A DNA stretch of 64,000 bases from Paramoeba atlantica (lineage: Eukaryota; Protista; Discosea). Numbering within the stretch: position 1 is the first letter of the stretch; every line of letters starts with the position of its first letter. Positions 12,214 to 23,025 of the stretch are shown one piece after another. Both the position numbers and the translations under genes were made by a program. Where the stretch lies: assembly GCA_977017575.1 (NCBI GenBank), contig CDRNVI010000079.1:43746-107745 (forward strand), given 5' to 3'. The notes under the pieces were generated by a model. It did not search any database and had not been told where the DNA came from. It saw only the letters and a list, made by a program, of their open reading frames with translations.

Positions 12214-13315
12214 TTATATTTTTGTTTTTGGTATTTTTATCGTTATGTTATCTGTTATGTACAGTACAGCGTTAATGACGGTATTTGCTTTGAGAGCGCT
12301 ATTCCCAGAACAAAACTTCCTCGTTACACATGCGCAAGCCCTGGAGAATGCGAATAACGCGCGAACTTCCTTTAACCGATAAAGAGCCATTGGCGAGTTC
12401 GGCAAAGAATTTCATGCGCGCTTCACGCTGGTTCTCAGTGCATCCCAAGTTTCCATTTCAGGACTTCAGTTCATCTTTTAGGAGATTGTTTGCGGACCCT
12501 ACTTTGTTGATGTGAACATCTGTGGCGGTCACCCACTCTTTTGAATGATGAATTGTGTTGTGGCGGTATTTCCGACAGGCATTTGCTTGCGGCCGCGGCA
12601 TTCGCATAAACTTGGGTTCTGTTGTTCTGTGCGAGATGGGTTACATCGAACTCCACATGGTGTGTGACTTTTTATTCTTCAAGCCTCGCACATAAATATC
12701 CTTCATGGGGTAGTGCATTTGACTAGTCGAATCCAAAATTTCATCACAGTTGACCAACTTGTGATACCACGATGTACCTTCCTTGCGAAAACGCTTGCTC
12801 TTATTGTGTTTCGAACTTTTGATACGCGAGACGCAGGTTTCGTCTTTTTGCATATACACAACCGTCCCTTTCGCCAGTTCCCATCGCCAATCATGCATTA
12901 CTGCGATTATTCCTTCGAAAAGGTCCGCAAATTTTAACACGCACTTAAGTGATAATAAGGCTTCACGAACAATTGTTTTAACAGCGACACCAACCGTGAA
13001 GCCATAAATCATTTGCAAGGTTTCTTTTATGCCTCTATGTTGGTGCCCGCCAAAGAAAGGAAGATGAGCGTGGTATCGCGCACGGCATTCGACGTATCCC
13101 CGGGAAGGACAAAACCAATGATTCTCTTCACGTACACACAAAACTTCCTCGTTCTTCGGGTGATATTTCTCCTTTCCACACCACACAGCTTGCGGAAAGA
13201 GTTCGTGGGCCTCCATCCAGCGTATTATATCCGATTCAGAGGCTTGTGCAATGGATGAGAAATTGAGCCTTCGCGCACACTCGAAGTCGGAACAATCGCG
13301 GCAAGTCCAGTCCAT
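12214..13315 (-). pseudogene. Merlin/IS1595-like transposase pseudogene (subfamily B, copy 1)
   Basis: MQKDETCV first Asp; after frameshifts TQVYANAAA (second Asp now Asn) and DVHINKVGSANNLLK (VHxNxxE motif, Glu now Gly); Cys-rich N-terminus. Confidence 0.75.
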
Positions 13316-13660
13316 AAAGAAGTAAAAGGAAGAAAAGTTTCTATTAACAATTTTTGTATGAATTTTTGCCAGAAGATTTGCATAACGTAAATTTCACGAG
13401 TGGATATGTACATGCGAATAAAGTGGTTAATGAGTCGACGTAGCGTTGTGATGACCACCTTACAATAACCCATTTTCCAAACCTAAAAATACATCACCCA
13501 TACATTGTGTCGCATGCGACACCAAAGGGCACCGCTGAGTAGGACGAGGCTGGTTACTTGAGTCGCAAATCCTCATTCTACAATACGCTACCAACTTAGC
13601 AAGAGTTCTCGATGCCGGTCCGTGCGATTATTAGACAACTTATGGTAACTTATACAATTT

Positions 13661-14590
13661 GTGGTAACTTACACAATTTATGGTAACTTTCCCCCCTGTA
13701 CACAATTAACAAATATATTTCTTGCTTTCGTCGCTCGACCCCTTTGCAAATCTCACCTAATGTATGGTAATTATTGCATCGATGACGGCTCCGATTTACG
13801 TCGAGGCAAAGTAACCTCTCTGCTACTACCTCAAGAAGATATGCTAGAACATCTAATTTCAAACCTAACTGAAAAGCATAATACTTGGCGCACTACTAGA
13901 AAGAATTTGTTTCGGCGTGCCAAGAGTGTATCCGTGTGCACTTGGAAAGGGGTGACATGTGACAATGAGCAACATGTAACTGAAATCGATTGGAGTTCGA
14001 TGCGTCTTGCGGGATTCTTGCAATGGGAATATCTACCCCGATGGTTACTACGTTTGACTTTGATGAGCAACAGCCTTCGCGGGCGCGTAACACTAGACGC
14101 GCTGCCACCTGGACTCAAATGTTTTCAAATTTCATACAATCAATTATGTGGTCCATTATATCTAACACAGTTGCCCAACACATTAGAGACTATGGAATTG
14201 AGCATAAACCAATTCGACGAGAGCATCGATCTTACGCATTTGCCATCAAATCTAAGTTCTTTGGATGTGGCAGTTAACTACCTTGTTGGTGGCGTGGATT
14301 TATCCAGTTTGCCCCAGAGGCTTAATGACATTAATTTGTCCGGTAACAAATTTTCAGGGCCTCTTCAGTTACGGCAGTTACCTTCCGCACTTCAATATTT
14401 CTTCTGCTCGAGTAATGATTTCTCCGGAGTAATCATATGTGACCGCCTTCCTGTAGGACTGAAAGCACTATGGTTGCATAAAAATGAAAATCTGTGTGGT
14501 GAGGTTAGTGTGTCCACTCTTCCCAAGGCACTGGCAGCCGACGTGGGCAGAAACTTTAATATTCTCGGCACACAGATTCAATTAGTTTGA
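13661..14590 (+). CDS. Leucine-rich repeat protein (LRR3); probable start MYGNYCIDDG at 13760
   Basis: Same header, CTWKGVTCD cap and LRR units as the paralogues. Confidence 0.9.
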   Translation: MVTYTIYGNFPPCTQLTNIFLAFVARPLCKSHLMYGNYCIDDGSDLRRGKVTSLLLPQEDMLEHLISNLTEKHNTWRTTRKNLFRRAKSVSVCTWKGVTCDNEQHVTEIDWSSMRLAGFLQWEYLPRWLLRLTLMSNSLRGRVTLDALPPGLKCFQISYNQLCGPLYLTQLPNTLETMELSINQFDESIDLTHLPSNLSSLDVAVNYLVGGVDLSSLPQRLNDINLSGNKFSGPLQLRQLPSALQYFFCSSNDFSGVIICDRLPVGLKALWLHKNENLCGEVSVSTLPKALAADVGRNFNILGTQIQLV

Positions 14591-14652
14591 ATATTGAGTC
14601 CTTAGATCTGTCGGAAAACTCCTTTACTTATGCAATAGTCCTTTACTTCCAC

Positions 14653-15900
14653 CTAAATTGCGCGCAAATGACCCTCATACGTGCAACGTAAACAACTGCG
14701 CCATCTTTCAATAGCGTTTTTTGATTCCGTGATATGATCTCCACTCATCTGTAATGACGATGGAATTTCTTGAAATTTTCTTCCTTCAATCACCTTTGTA
14801 CAAATGCAGACAAAAATAGGTTTCGTTCGCTTTGAAATGGCCTTCCAGTAGGTCTGTACAGATTTCCCGGTAAGCGGGTCGCTGTTACGAACCAGAATCC
14901 TTCTGGTTCTGCGCGACTGTTTTCCACGATTATGAAGTCTCTTTCCGATGTAAGTTTCATCCACCATCAGGTACTTCATGGTAAGTGGTATGTAGAGGGG
15001 CCGGGGAGTAACGCGAAGGCGCGTTCTAATTCATATAAACCACAGTCCGGTTTAGCACTCATGTAGCTAGATAACATTCCGGGGGGGATGTTATGATGTT
15101 CCATGCGTTTTTTTAACATTCCCCCCCTGAAAAACCCCCGTGCCCCCCCGTGGCTTACAGGTTCACTCACTCTACCGACGAAGAGCCACCACGGGAGATT
15201 CTCAACTCTGATCCCCTACAGGGTCCTCCAGGTTTTCGGTACGCATGTACGCTGACGGAGTACTTTAAGAAAGTTCAAGAACGCCAAGAAAGTGAAGCAA
15301 AAAAAGTCGAAGCAATAGGCGAAGAGGAAGATACTGGATAAACGAAGTTATTTTTACTTTAAAAAAAGAATCTCAAAAAGATATCTTGAAAATTTAACAT
15401 TACTGTAGCTACTTAACATTCCTGTAGCTACTTAACATCCCCCCCGGAATGTTAAACCGGGCTGTGGTTTAAATCGGTATGTATTTAACGCCTGCCGCGA
15501 CCAGTTTGCAAAAACACGCTTTCTTTTAAATTTCTAAGCTCTAAATTTGGCAACGAGACGGGTTTTCGACGGCAAAACTGGCTCAAATTCGGGGTGATCT
15601 TCATCCGACATGATGTAAAAGCAGTATGAATTCGTATTGGACTTCTACCCCCTCGCCTTATACAGGATACCGGGCCCGGAGTCTCTGGGCCAGAGACCTT
15701 GAACTTCCTCAACAAGGTGGACCGGGCCCACACGTCCGATAAAAACGGATGCCTTTCGCACCTCTTGATGGCCTTGGGAGTGGCCAGAGGGACAATGCCC
15801 AGATCGTGCAGGCGGCGGTGCTAAACTGGTACCTCCGCGGTGTATGAGGTTAGCGGGTCGAGGGCTTAGGAAGAGGAAAAAAACTTCGGGTGCAGACAAC
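14653..15900 (-). pseudogene. Merlin/IS1595 transposase remnant interrupted by a pogo-type MITE
   Basis: VDETYIGKRLHNRGK and, in the next frame, IVITDEWRSYHG; the upstream boundary is approximate. Confidence 0.65.
15038..15469. mobile_element. pogo-type non-autonomous element (432 bp)
   Basis: TIRs AACCACAGTCCGGTTTA / TAAACCGGGCTGTGGTT with TA on both sides; the TIR matches the pogo element at 36543-41044. Confidence 0.8.
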
Positions 15901-16261
15901 TTACACTAGGTGTATATTATACCCACTTAAGAAAATATTTTCTTTTGACCAGTTTTCAAAATAATATCCTCTTTTCCTCTTGTACATTCGAAAAATATAG
16001 AGCCTAACTGCTCAGTCCCTTTCAAAACTTCGAATGGTACGTGTGAAAGTGAACTTCGAATTGTACGATGATCCATGCATACGCTAACATCTGAAAATTC
16101 GAACCCGAATTCAATGCATGTCTTTGTTCGGGCTTGCCCCGCGTACTCTGTACTCTCATCTTTTCTCTTCGAGGTGGAGTATACACCTCGCATGATTTTA
16201 TTTCGAAAAAGCGGATGCTCAAGAGCTGAGCTTGGGATCCCACATTGTTGCTTCTGAGGGT

Positions 16262-16427
16262 TTTTTTCGAAAAATATTTTTTTCAAAAAAAATCTTGCGG
16301 TATGCCCCCCCCCTAAGCCCCCGCTAGACCCCCCCCCTAGGCCCCCCCTAGACCCCCCATTTTTTCAAAAAAGAAAATTTCAGTTTTGGACCACCGGAGT
16401 CCCCTTTTATATTTTTTTTTTCTCTTA
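16262..16427 (-). repeat. Partial R1 copy truncated at the Tc1 insertion
   Basis: CAGTTTTGGACCACCGGAGTCCCCTTTTATATTTT matches R1. Confidence 0.7.
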
Positions 16428-17999
16428 TAGGGGGGTGCACGAAAATATGGGGGGGGGGGGTCAAAATTCGTATAACTCGGCCAATTTTGGAAAATAATGC
16501 CGTATTCGAGAGCTCTCACAGAGTTACGTGTCATGTGATATTACGTTTTACGTAGTTTCCAGGTATATGCATTCTCCTGAATACCGTAGAAAGGGCAACT
16601 GCAAGTTCTTTTTCTGGAAAAAAAAAAGTTAGTATCCACAATTTCCACATTTTTTTTCCAACACAATTTTCATGCGTTTTCACGCATTTTCACACATTTT
16701 CACGCGCGTTGGAACACTCTTTAAAGTTCTCAAAAATACATCGTATCGCTCCCGTTTTAATTTTTCGACCCCAGAAGCGATCGCTCGTCTCAAATCTTCA
16801 CGATTCGTTGGACAAAGCGCTTTTTTATGCTCGTCCATTAATCCCCAAATGTTTTCTATTGTGTTTAAATCTGGGGATTTGGGTGGCCAACACAACATCT
16901 TCACTCCTTCGTCATTAAAGGCACGACGAGGGCTATTGTGAATTGTACAATTATCCATAGCAACGACTGCCCCCCGATGTCTTCGTAAAAAAAATAAGAA
17001 ACCGTCACGTTGTAGCATAGTTTTTTTGAAAAGGTCCCCATGCACTGAAATTTTATTACCCTGTTGATCTTTATTAGGGAATTCATGAAAAAAGAAACCG
17101 TGCTTAATGCTGACCCCCATCCACACCATAATACCATCACCCCCCAACCACTTTTCCCGCTCACCGGCGTGCTCCTTTGGGGGGTCTGAACGACGGCAAA
17201 GGTAGGTAATTTTGCGGCTGCCCCCGCAAGTAATTTTTTTCTCGTCTGTCCAGACGATAGCCTCAAGCCGAGCAGGGCTCCGTGTTGCCAACTCCTGGCA
17301 TAGCTCTACTCGTTTCCTTTTGTGCTCCTTTGTGAGTGCAGGGTTTCGACGGACTTCGGGATATGATACCCTCCTTCTTGAGGGAACGTATCAGAGCGCG
17401 ACGGGAGCATCTGAAACCCTCTCCTACAAGAAGATTCAGAAGGTGGTCCCAAGAAGCAATACCATAGGTTTCATCCCTTGTTGATCGATAAGATCGAGTG
17501 CTCGCTTCAACAGAGGGTCAGATATTACAGGAGATTGGCGAGTTTTATAGTGAGACCTATCGACCTCACCAGTCTCTTCGTAACGCTGCACCCAACGCTT
17601 GACAGTGTCCTCGTGGCACCTAAACGTCTTGGCGACAGCTGAAAAAGAACCAGTTTCCTCAATTTTTTTCACCAAAAGTATCCTGTGAGATGCTTTAAGT
17701 TGCCCACGAGGCGAATAACAGAATCCACTCGGTTTCTGCACCTTTTTATTATTCGAATATGACCTTTTCTGGGGCATAGTAGTGTATTAGGATCAAAAAA
17801 GTGGATAAATTCACAAAAAAAGCAGTTTTTTCAAAAATTTCAATTTTTTTTAAATTTTTAAAAAATCTAAAAATGCTGGAAACGCATTATCACATGACAC
17901 GTAACTCTGCGAGAGCTCTCGAATGCGGTGCTACTTTCCAAAATTGGCCGAGTTATACGAATTTTGACCACCCCCCGCATATTTTCGTGCACCCCCTTG
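16428..17999 (-). mobile_element. Tc1/mariner (IS630-Tc1) element, 1572 bp, ~130-bp TIRs, TA TSD
   Basis: GGGGGTGCACGAAAATATG... inverted at both ends; TA at 16426-27 and 18000-01. Confidence 0.9.
16680..17777 (-). pseudogene. Tc1-like transposase (DD32E) with two frameshifts
   Basis: HTH (SFSAVAKTFRCHEDTVKRWVQRY), WTDE, MDNCTIH, WPPKSPDLNTIENIW; manual translation bridges 17292-17435 through two frame changes. Confidence 0.85.
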
Positions 18000-18164
18000 T
18001 ATTGTCGATCACAACGGAATAATGATGATTAATGCGACACAATAAGTGCGTGTGCTGTACTCTCTCCTGCAATGCTACTTGACTTGTAGTGCCTTATACA
18101 CAGTATAAGTAGTTATACACTATATAACTACTCAGTAGTTATACAACCACCGCAATCTAGAGTA

Positions 18165-19118
18165 ATGAATGAAGTGGGAAGTATAATGATTGTTCCTCAG
18201 TCTCTTCCTCAATTGATTTTTTCCTCAAATGATTGTTCCTCAATCTCTTACTTTTGGAAACTATTTTCTAGTGATTCTGAACCAAACCTCCTTTGCACTA
18301 TGTACTGCATATACAGTGTTGATGACGGTTCCGATTTACGTCGCGGCAAAGTGGCCTCTCTGCTTCTACCCCAAGAGGATATGCTCGAACGTTTAATTTC
18401 AAACGTAACTGGAAAGCACAAGACTTGGCGTACGTGGAAGAAGAATATGTTTGGACGCGTCAAACGTTTATCTGTATGCCAATGGCGAGGCGTGACATGC
18501 GATAAGGATCAAATGGTGAGCCGAATAGAATGGTTTTCAATGAAACTTTTAGGCACGTTACAGTGGGAGTTCCTACCTTATACGTTGCAACATTGTGACA
18601 TTTGCACTAACAGACTATCCGGATCTCTTGCACTTGACACGTTGCCATCACAACTTACATATTTAACATTATTGGGAAACGCTTTTACCGGTGAGTTAAA
18701 CTTGACCCAATTGCCCAACACACTGTATGCACTCGGGGTGAGTGACAACCAATTTGAAGGAAATGTTGATCTCACGAATCTATGTTCTGGATTACAATAT
18801 TTGTATGTTCATGAAAATCAACTTTCGGGTGATGTCGATCTTTCTCACTTACCGGCAATGTTGCGACACCTATACTTGTCCAGGAACAGATTTACAGGAT
18901 CGCTTTCCTTGCAGCACTTACCTTCATCACTAACTCATTTTATTTCGGATCACAACTTTTTCTCCGGTTTAGTTATGTTTGACTGTCTTCCTGGAAAATT
19001 GCAATTTTTGTCCGTGCACGGAAACAGAGATCTCTACGGTGAGATTGACACGTCGGTTCTTCCTAGGACTTTAGAACCCACTTTTCTGGTCACGGAAACG
19101 AACATTCGTTATAAATAA
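18165..19118 (+). CDS. Leucine-rich repeat protein (LRR4); probable start near 18300
   Basis: DDGSDLRRGKV header, CQWRGVTCD cap; closest to LRR2 but one repeat longer. Confidence 0.9.
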   Translation: MNEVGSIMIVPQSLPQLIFSSNDCSSISYFWKLFSSDSEPNLLCTMYCIYSVDDGSDLRRGKVASLLLPQEDMLERLISNVTGKHKTWRTWKKNMFGRVKRLSVCQWRGVTCDKDQMVSRIEWFSMKLLGTLQWEFLPYTLQHCDICTNRLSGSLALDTLPSQLTYLTLLGNAFTGELNLTQLPNTLYALGVSDNQFEGNVDLTNLCSGLQYLYVHENQLSGDVDLSHLPAMLRHLYLSRNRFTGSLSLQHLPSSLTHFISDHNFFSGLVMFDCLPGKLQFLSVHGNRDLYGEIDTSVLPRTLEPTFLVTETNIRYK

Positions 19119-19983
19119 ATATGTAATTATTTACGTACTGCCCCCCCCCACATAAACGCAACCCGGTTTTGGCCCAAAATTGCGCATAAGTAGCCAGGTC
19201 AAAAAAAAGGGTGAAAAACAAATTTCGCGCCGCTTCGCGGCGCGTGTTTTATTCATGAGTTATATACGCGGGGTGCCCTTGGGGTCTGCTTTTTATATTG
19301 TGCCCCCCCCCCTAGTTATCTGTCACAACTTTCCGTGCAAAGGTGACAGATAACGCAAGTACAGCTTGAAACTTCCATGGTTCTTCGCTCTAAAAATTAC
19401 CTCGCTTCGATGGACATTTTTATAAAATTTTACGGAAAAAATGAATTAGGATATTAAGCTAATTAGGAAAATCATCCAATTAGGATTTTGATTCGCCCCC
19501 CGGTTTAGGATGAAACACGAATTGCGTTAAATGAAATTAGACGCAGTCCTCCCTGGGTCCAAAAAACATGATTTTTTGATATCATTTTCCTGGAACGCAC
19601 CTCTTTTTTTGGTGAAGTGAAGGAAACTTCTCCTTTTTCAAACGAATATTAGTTTTTCCAAAACAATATTTTAAAAAGATACAAACAAGGTACTTATTGT
19701 GGTTGAGCAACATTCAGTGTGTCGTACTCTAAATATCTACTACGGTTGTTCAATACAACGTTAGCCGGACCTATTTTGGTCGATATCATGCTCTATAGGT
19801 CACCTGTTCCTTACAAGGTTTTCGTGGTTTGAAAAATGTCTCCCTTTTCCTTAAACTCAAAAAAAAGATGATACAACGAAACAGAGGTGTAGTACGCTTT
19901 ACTTTTTGTTTCTGCCTTTTCGGTGTTTTATGTCTTTGACTTCCGGACTCTGAACCCAAACCCTTCGCACACACAAAAACGAA

Positions 19984-22668
19984 ATGTCTTGCTTCCTTTC
20001 TGTGGCATTTCTTTCTCTCTTCCTATCCCTCTTCTCCCCACCTACGAAAACGGTGACCGGTCTCCAGCACGCGTCCCTTCAACTCCAATCGGATTCCACC
20101 CCCTTTTCCGTTTCTTCCGATTTCGCCTCTTTGTTTTTGCGCTCGGACGATCCCCCCCTATCCAACCCTTGTCGGGAAAAGACGAACCCTCACCATCCAC
20201 AGCTCTCCCCCGTGGGCCGCTTCCCCCTTGTATTTCCTCTTTACCCGCTCTGTTCTCGAGGGCTTACCATTTCCTGTTGTGAGGCACAGAATCCGGTCCC
20301 ACGCGCTCCTCTCCCGGCTCCCTGGTACCAAACCCTTTTTGAGTTTCTCCAGCACGCCTGGGACGCGCTTCAAAGATTTTGGTGCGCCTTCACCCCCTTA
20401 GCGGATCCCCGTCTTGATCTAAAAAACGAAATTGTGGAGAACGCCTTACATGAAAAGGACGCAAGAATACAAAAGGGGGGGCTGAAAAAGGAGGGGGAAG
20501 CCCAACAAAGGGTACTCTCATCCTTTGCGGGGACTTCCCTGTCCTCCTCATCCTCTTTTTCTTTGATGAAAGAAGCCCAAGGGGAAAGGAATAAAAAGGG
20601 GCATCCAGGAGAATCCTTTTCTGTTGTTTCTCCTCGGGGTCGCTCCTCCCATGGGGGAGCAGAAGGAAATAGGAATTCCAACGGTTTGAGGGCTTCGCAT
20701 AAGGAGATCGGATCTCCGGGATCTTTTTCAGCGATTCCGGAATCTTCGAATCCGTGTGGTGAAGCTTCCGTACGTTCCACAAAATCTTCAGAATCCTTTC
20801 CGGACACGTCTTTATCGAGGGCGGTGGAATCTTCAGCATCGGGTACAGTCCAAATTTCGTCAAATCCAACGCATTCTTTATCAAATCCAGCCCCATCTTC
20901 ATCAAATCCAGCCCCTTCTCCCTCAAACCCAGCCCCCTCCCCCCGGCGTCCCCCCCACCCCTCCCCCTCCCCCCTCTCCACCTTCTCCCTCCCCCGGGCC
21001 GCCCTCGCCGTGAACTTCTCCCGGCTCTCGTTTTGCAAAATCCCGGAGGTGCAAAGCCAGAAACACTTCGGGCCCCACACCGGGCTCACCAACGTGGAGC
21101 GCACCCGGCACTGCGTCGCCCACGCCTACGGCATGCGGGGGTATGCGCTCACCCAACGCATCGCCCCGGGCCCCTGGGAGGGGGTGGGGGCGGTGGCCCG
21201 GCGCGTGGTGCTGGGGTTCCACGCCGCGCGGAACCGACCGAACGGCCAGGCCTCCACCTTTTTCGAGCTGGAGCGGTGCGCGTGGTGCCGGGAGGGGGAA
21301 GAGGGGGAAATAAAGGGGAATAAATCGGGGGGAAGAAGGGGGGGAGAGGGGGAACGAGAAAAAAAAGAGGGACCGGAGAGACCGGAGTACCACGACGGCG
21401 TACTGCCGTGGTCCGGGCGAAAAGAAGCCGAGGAGGGACACGGTCCGCAGGGCCAGCGGGAGGAAAGGGTTTATTCGCACTCCGTTCCCGTGGAGGGGTT
21501 GTTACAAAAAGGGGAGACGGGGGAGAAACAACGTATCAAGATTCAACCCCGTACGTTGGATGATTTCCCCGCCGTCCATCGCGGGTGGAACGCCATGTGG
21601 CTCGCACTCGCGCCCAAGTTCCAGGAGACCTTGGTGGAGTGGCTCTTACCCGATAATGAACGAGAACTACCCCAACCCCACCCTTCCGGAACCCTCCGTA
21701 CCCAGCTGGGGAGTAGTACCTCCTCCTCCTCCTCATCCTCCGGTTCTTCCCAGGATACCAATGTCCCGGTAAATTCATCCAACCCACCCCCGAAAAAAAA
21801 GGTTGCCCCCAAACCCCTCGCCTCCCCCTTCATCCCCTCCATCCGCGAGATCCTCATCACGGGGCCCTGCATGGGGGGGGCGATCGCGACCCTCGCGGCG
21901 CTCCACCTGCACCACTGGCTCGGCTCCCCCGAGGCCCCCCCGGGGCTGGCCGAGCTGCGGGAGAAGATTGTGGTCTACACCTTCGGGAGCCCCCGGGTGG
22001 GGAACCAGGCCTTCGCGGGGCACTACAACCAGCGCCTCGGGGCGCGCACCTTCCGGGTCGTGAACGCGGGGGACGGCAAGGTGCGGCTCCCCCCGGCGTG
22101 CCTGGGCTACGCCCACACCGCCCACGAGGTGTTCTTCCCGAGGGAAGTGCCCGCGATGGGGGCCGGGGAGCCGTTCCCCCCGGAGCTCGCGCCGGTGTTT
22201 GGGCGGGATTTGGAGCCCAGCCCGGGGAAGGGGGGTGGGGGGGAGCGGAGGGCGTTTTTAGCCGCCTCTTCGGTTTCCGCAACGTCGGGAAACGGTGTTG
22301 GATTACCCCCGGGGCGTGAAAGAAGGGCGTGGTTGAGAGGGGGGGAGGGCATACACGACAACCGACGCGCTCTGCGGTGGGGGAGAGAAGAGGGGGACGT
22401 TTCTGCGTCTCCCACTTTTGCGCCATCTCCGATGGTGTCTGATCCCCAACCCACACTGTTTTCGCGTGCGGCTTCGTATCTTCGTCCGGGGAAAACAAAC
22501 ACGAGTGTAGCGCAAGAAGTATTTTTCGAAACCCCCGAGCTCGGGGCGAGCAATTCTATATGCACCGCACTGCCTCCGGTGAATGCACACACGTTTTACT
22601 TTGGTCGGCCCATTCTGTCCTGCTGGCCGTATGATGTGAAGGTCCAGGATACGGTGGGTTCTTGTTAA
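19984..22668 (+). CDS. Class 3 lipase-like alpha/beta hydrolase with low-complexity insertions
   Basis: ILITGPCMGGAIATLAA, YTFGSPRVGNQAFA, RVVNAGDGKVRLPP, GYAH; hydrophobic N-terminus; intronless 894 aa. Confidence 0.8.
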   Translation: MSCFLSVAFLSLFLSLFSPPTKTVTGLQHASLQLQSDSTPFSVSSDFASLFLRSDDPPLSNPCREKTNPHHPQLSPVGRFPLVFPLYPLCSRGLTISCCEAQNPVPRAPLPAPWYQTLFEFLQHAWDALQRFWCAFTPLADPRLDLKNEIVENALHEKDARIQKGGLKKEGEAQQRVLSSFAGTSLSSSSSFSLMKEAQGERNKKGHPGESFSVVSPRGRSSHGGAEGNRNSNGLRASHKEIGSPGSFSAIPESSNPCGEASVRSTKSSESFPDTSLSRAVESSASGTVQISSNPTHSLSNPAPSSSNPAPSPSNPAPSPRRPPHPSPSPLSTFSLPRAALAVNFSRLSFCKIPEVQSQKHFGPHTGLTNVERTRHCVAHAYGMRGYALTQRIAPGPWEGVGAVARRVVLGFHAARNRPNGQASTFFELERCAWCREGEEGEIKGNKSGGRRGGEGEREKKEGPERPEYHDGVLPWSGRKEAEEGHGPQGQREERVYSHSVPVEGLLQKGETGEKQRIKIQPRTLDDFPAVHRGWNAMWLALAPKFQETLVEWLLPDNERELPQPHPSGTLRTQLGSSTSSSSSSSGSSQDTNVPVNSSNPPPKKKVAPKPLASPFIPSIREILITGPCMGGAIATLAALHLHHWLGSPEAPPGLAELREKIVVYTFGSPRVGNQAFAGHYNQRLGARTFRVVNAGDGKVRLPPACLGYAHTAHEVFFPREVPAMGAGEPFPPELAPVFGRDLEPSPGKGGGGERRAFLAASSVSATSGNGVGLPPGRERRAWLRGGEGIHDNRRALRWGREEGDVSASPTFAPSPMVSDPQPTLFSRAASYLRPGKTNTSVAQEVFFETPELGASNSICTALPPVNAHTFYFGRPILSCWPYDVKVQDTVGSC

Positions 22669-23025
22669 GATGGGGTTAATGAAAGAGTATTTTCTTTTTA
22701 GTAAAATTTTGTTGAATGGTATACAGATTACGTTTAAAATCCTGAAACAAACAATTGAAAGAGTAAGAAATGTATGGGCGACGTGCCTCCTGATTCAAGT
22801 CCTCGTATATAAATTTAAGCTACCCTCCTCTTCCGGAACTCTTCCGGTACGCCAAACCCCTTAGTCCCGTATTCTTTTCATCGAAACCACTACACACGCG
22901 ACAAAACACTTTCAACGATTTCTTTATTTATTTATCCTTTTTTCCCTCCCTCTTCCCTCAAAACATCTTTTTCCACCTCTCTCCCTTCCTTTTTTCCCAC
23001 CTCCCCCTTTCCTTCTTCAAACAAA

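Noticed and set aside
13704-13760. AATTAAC upstream of LRR3 as a branch site matching the variant U2
   Set aside because: There is no AG between it and the probable ATG, and the motif is not found at the same place in the other LRR genes.
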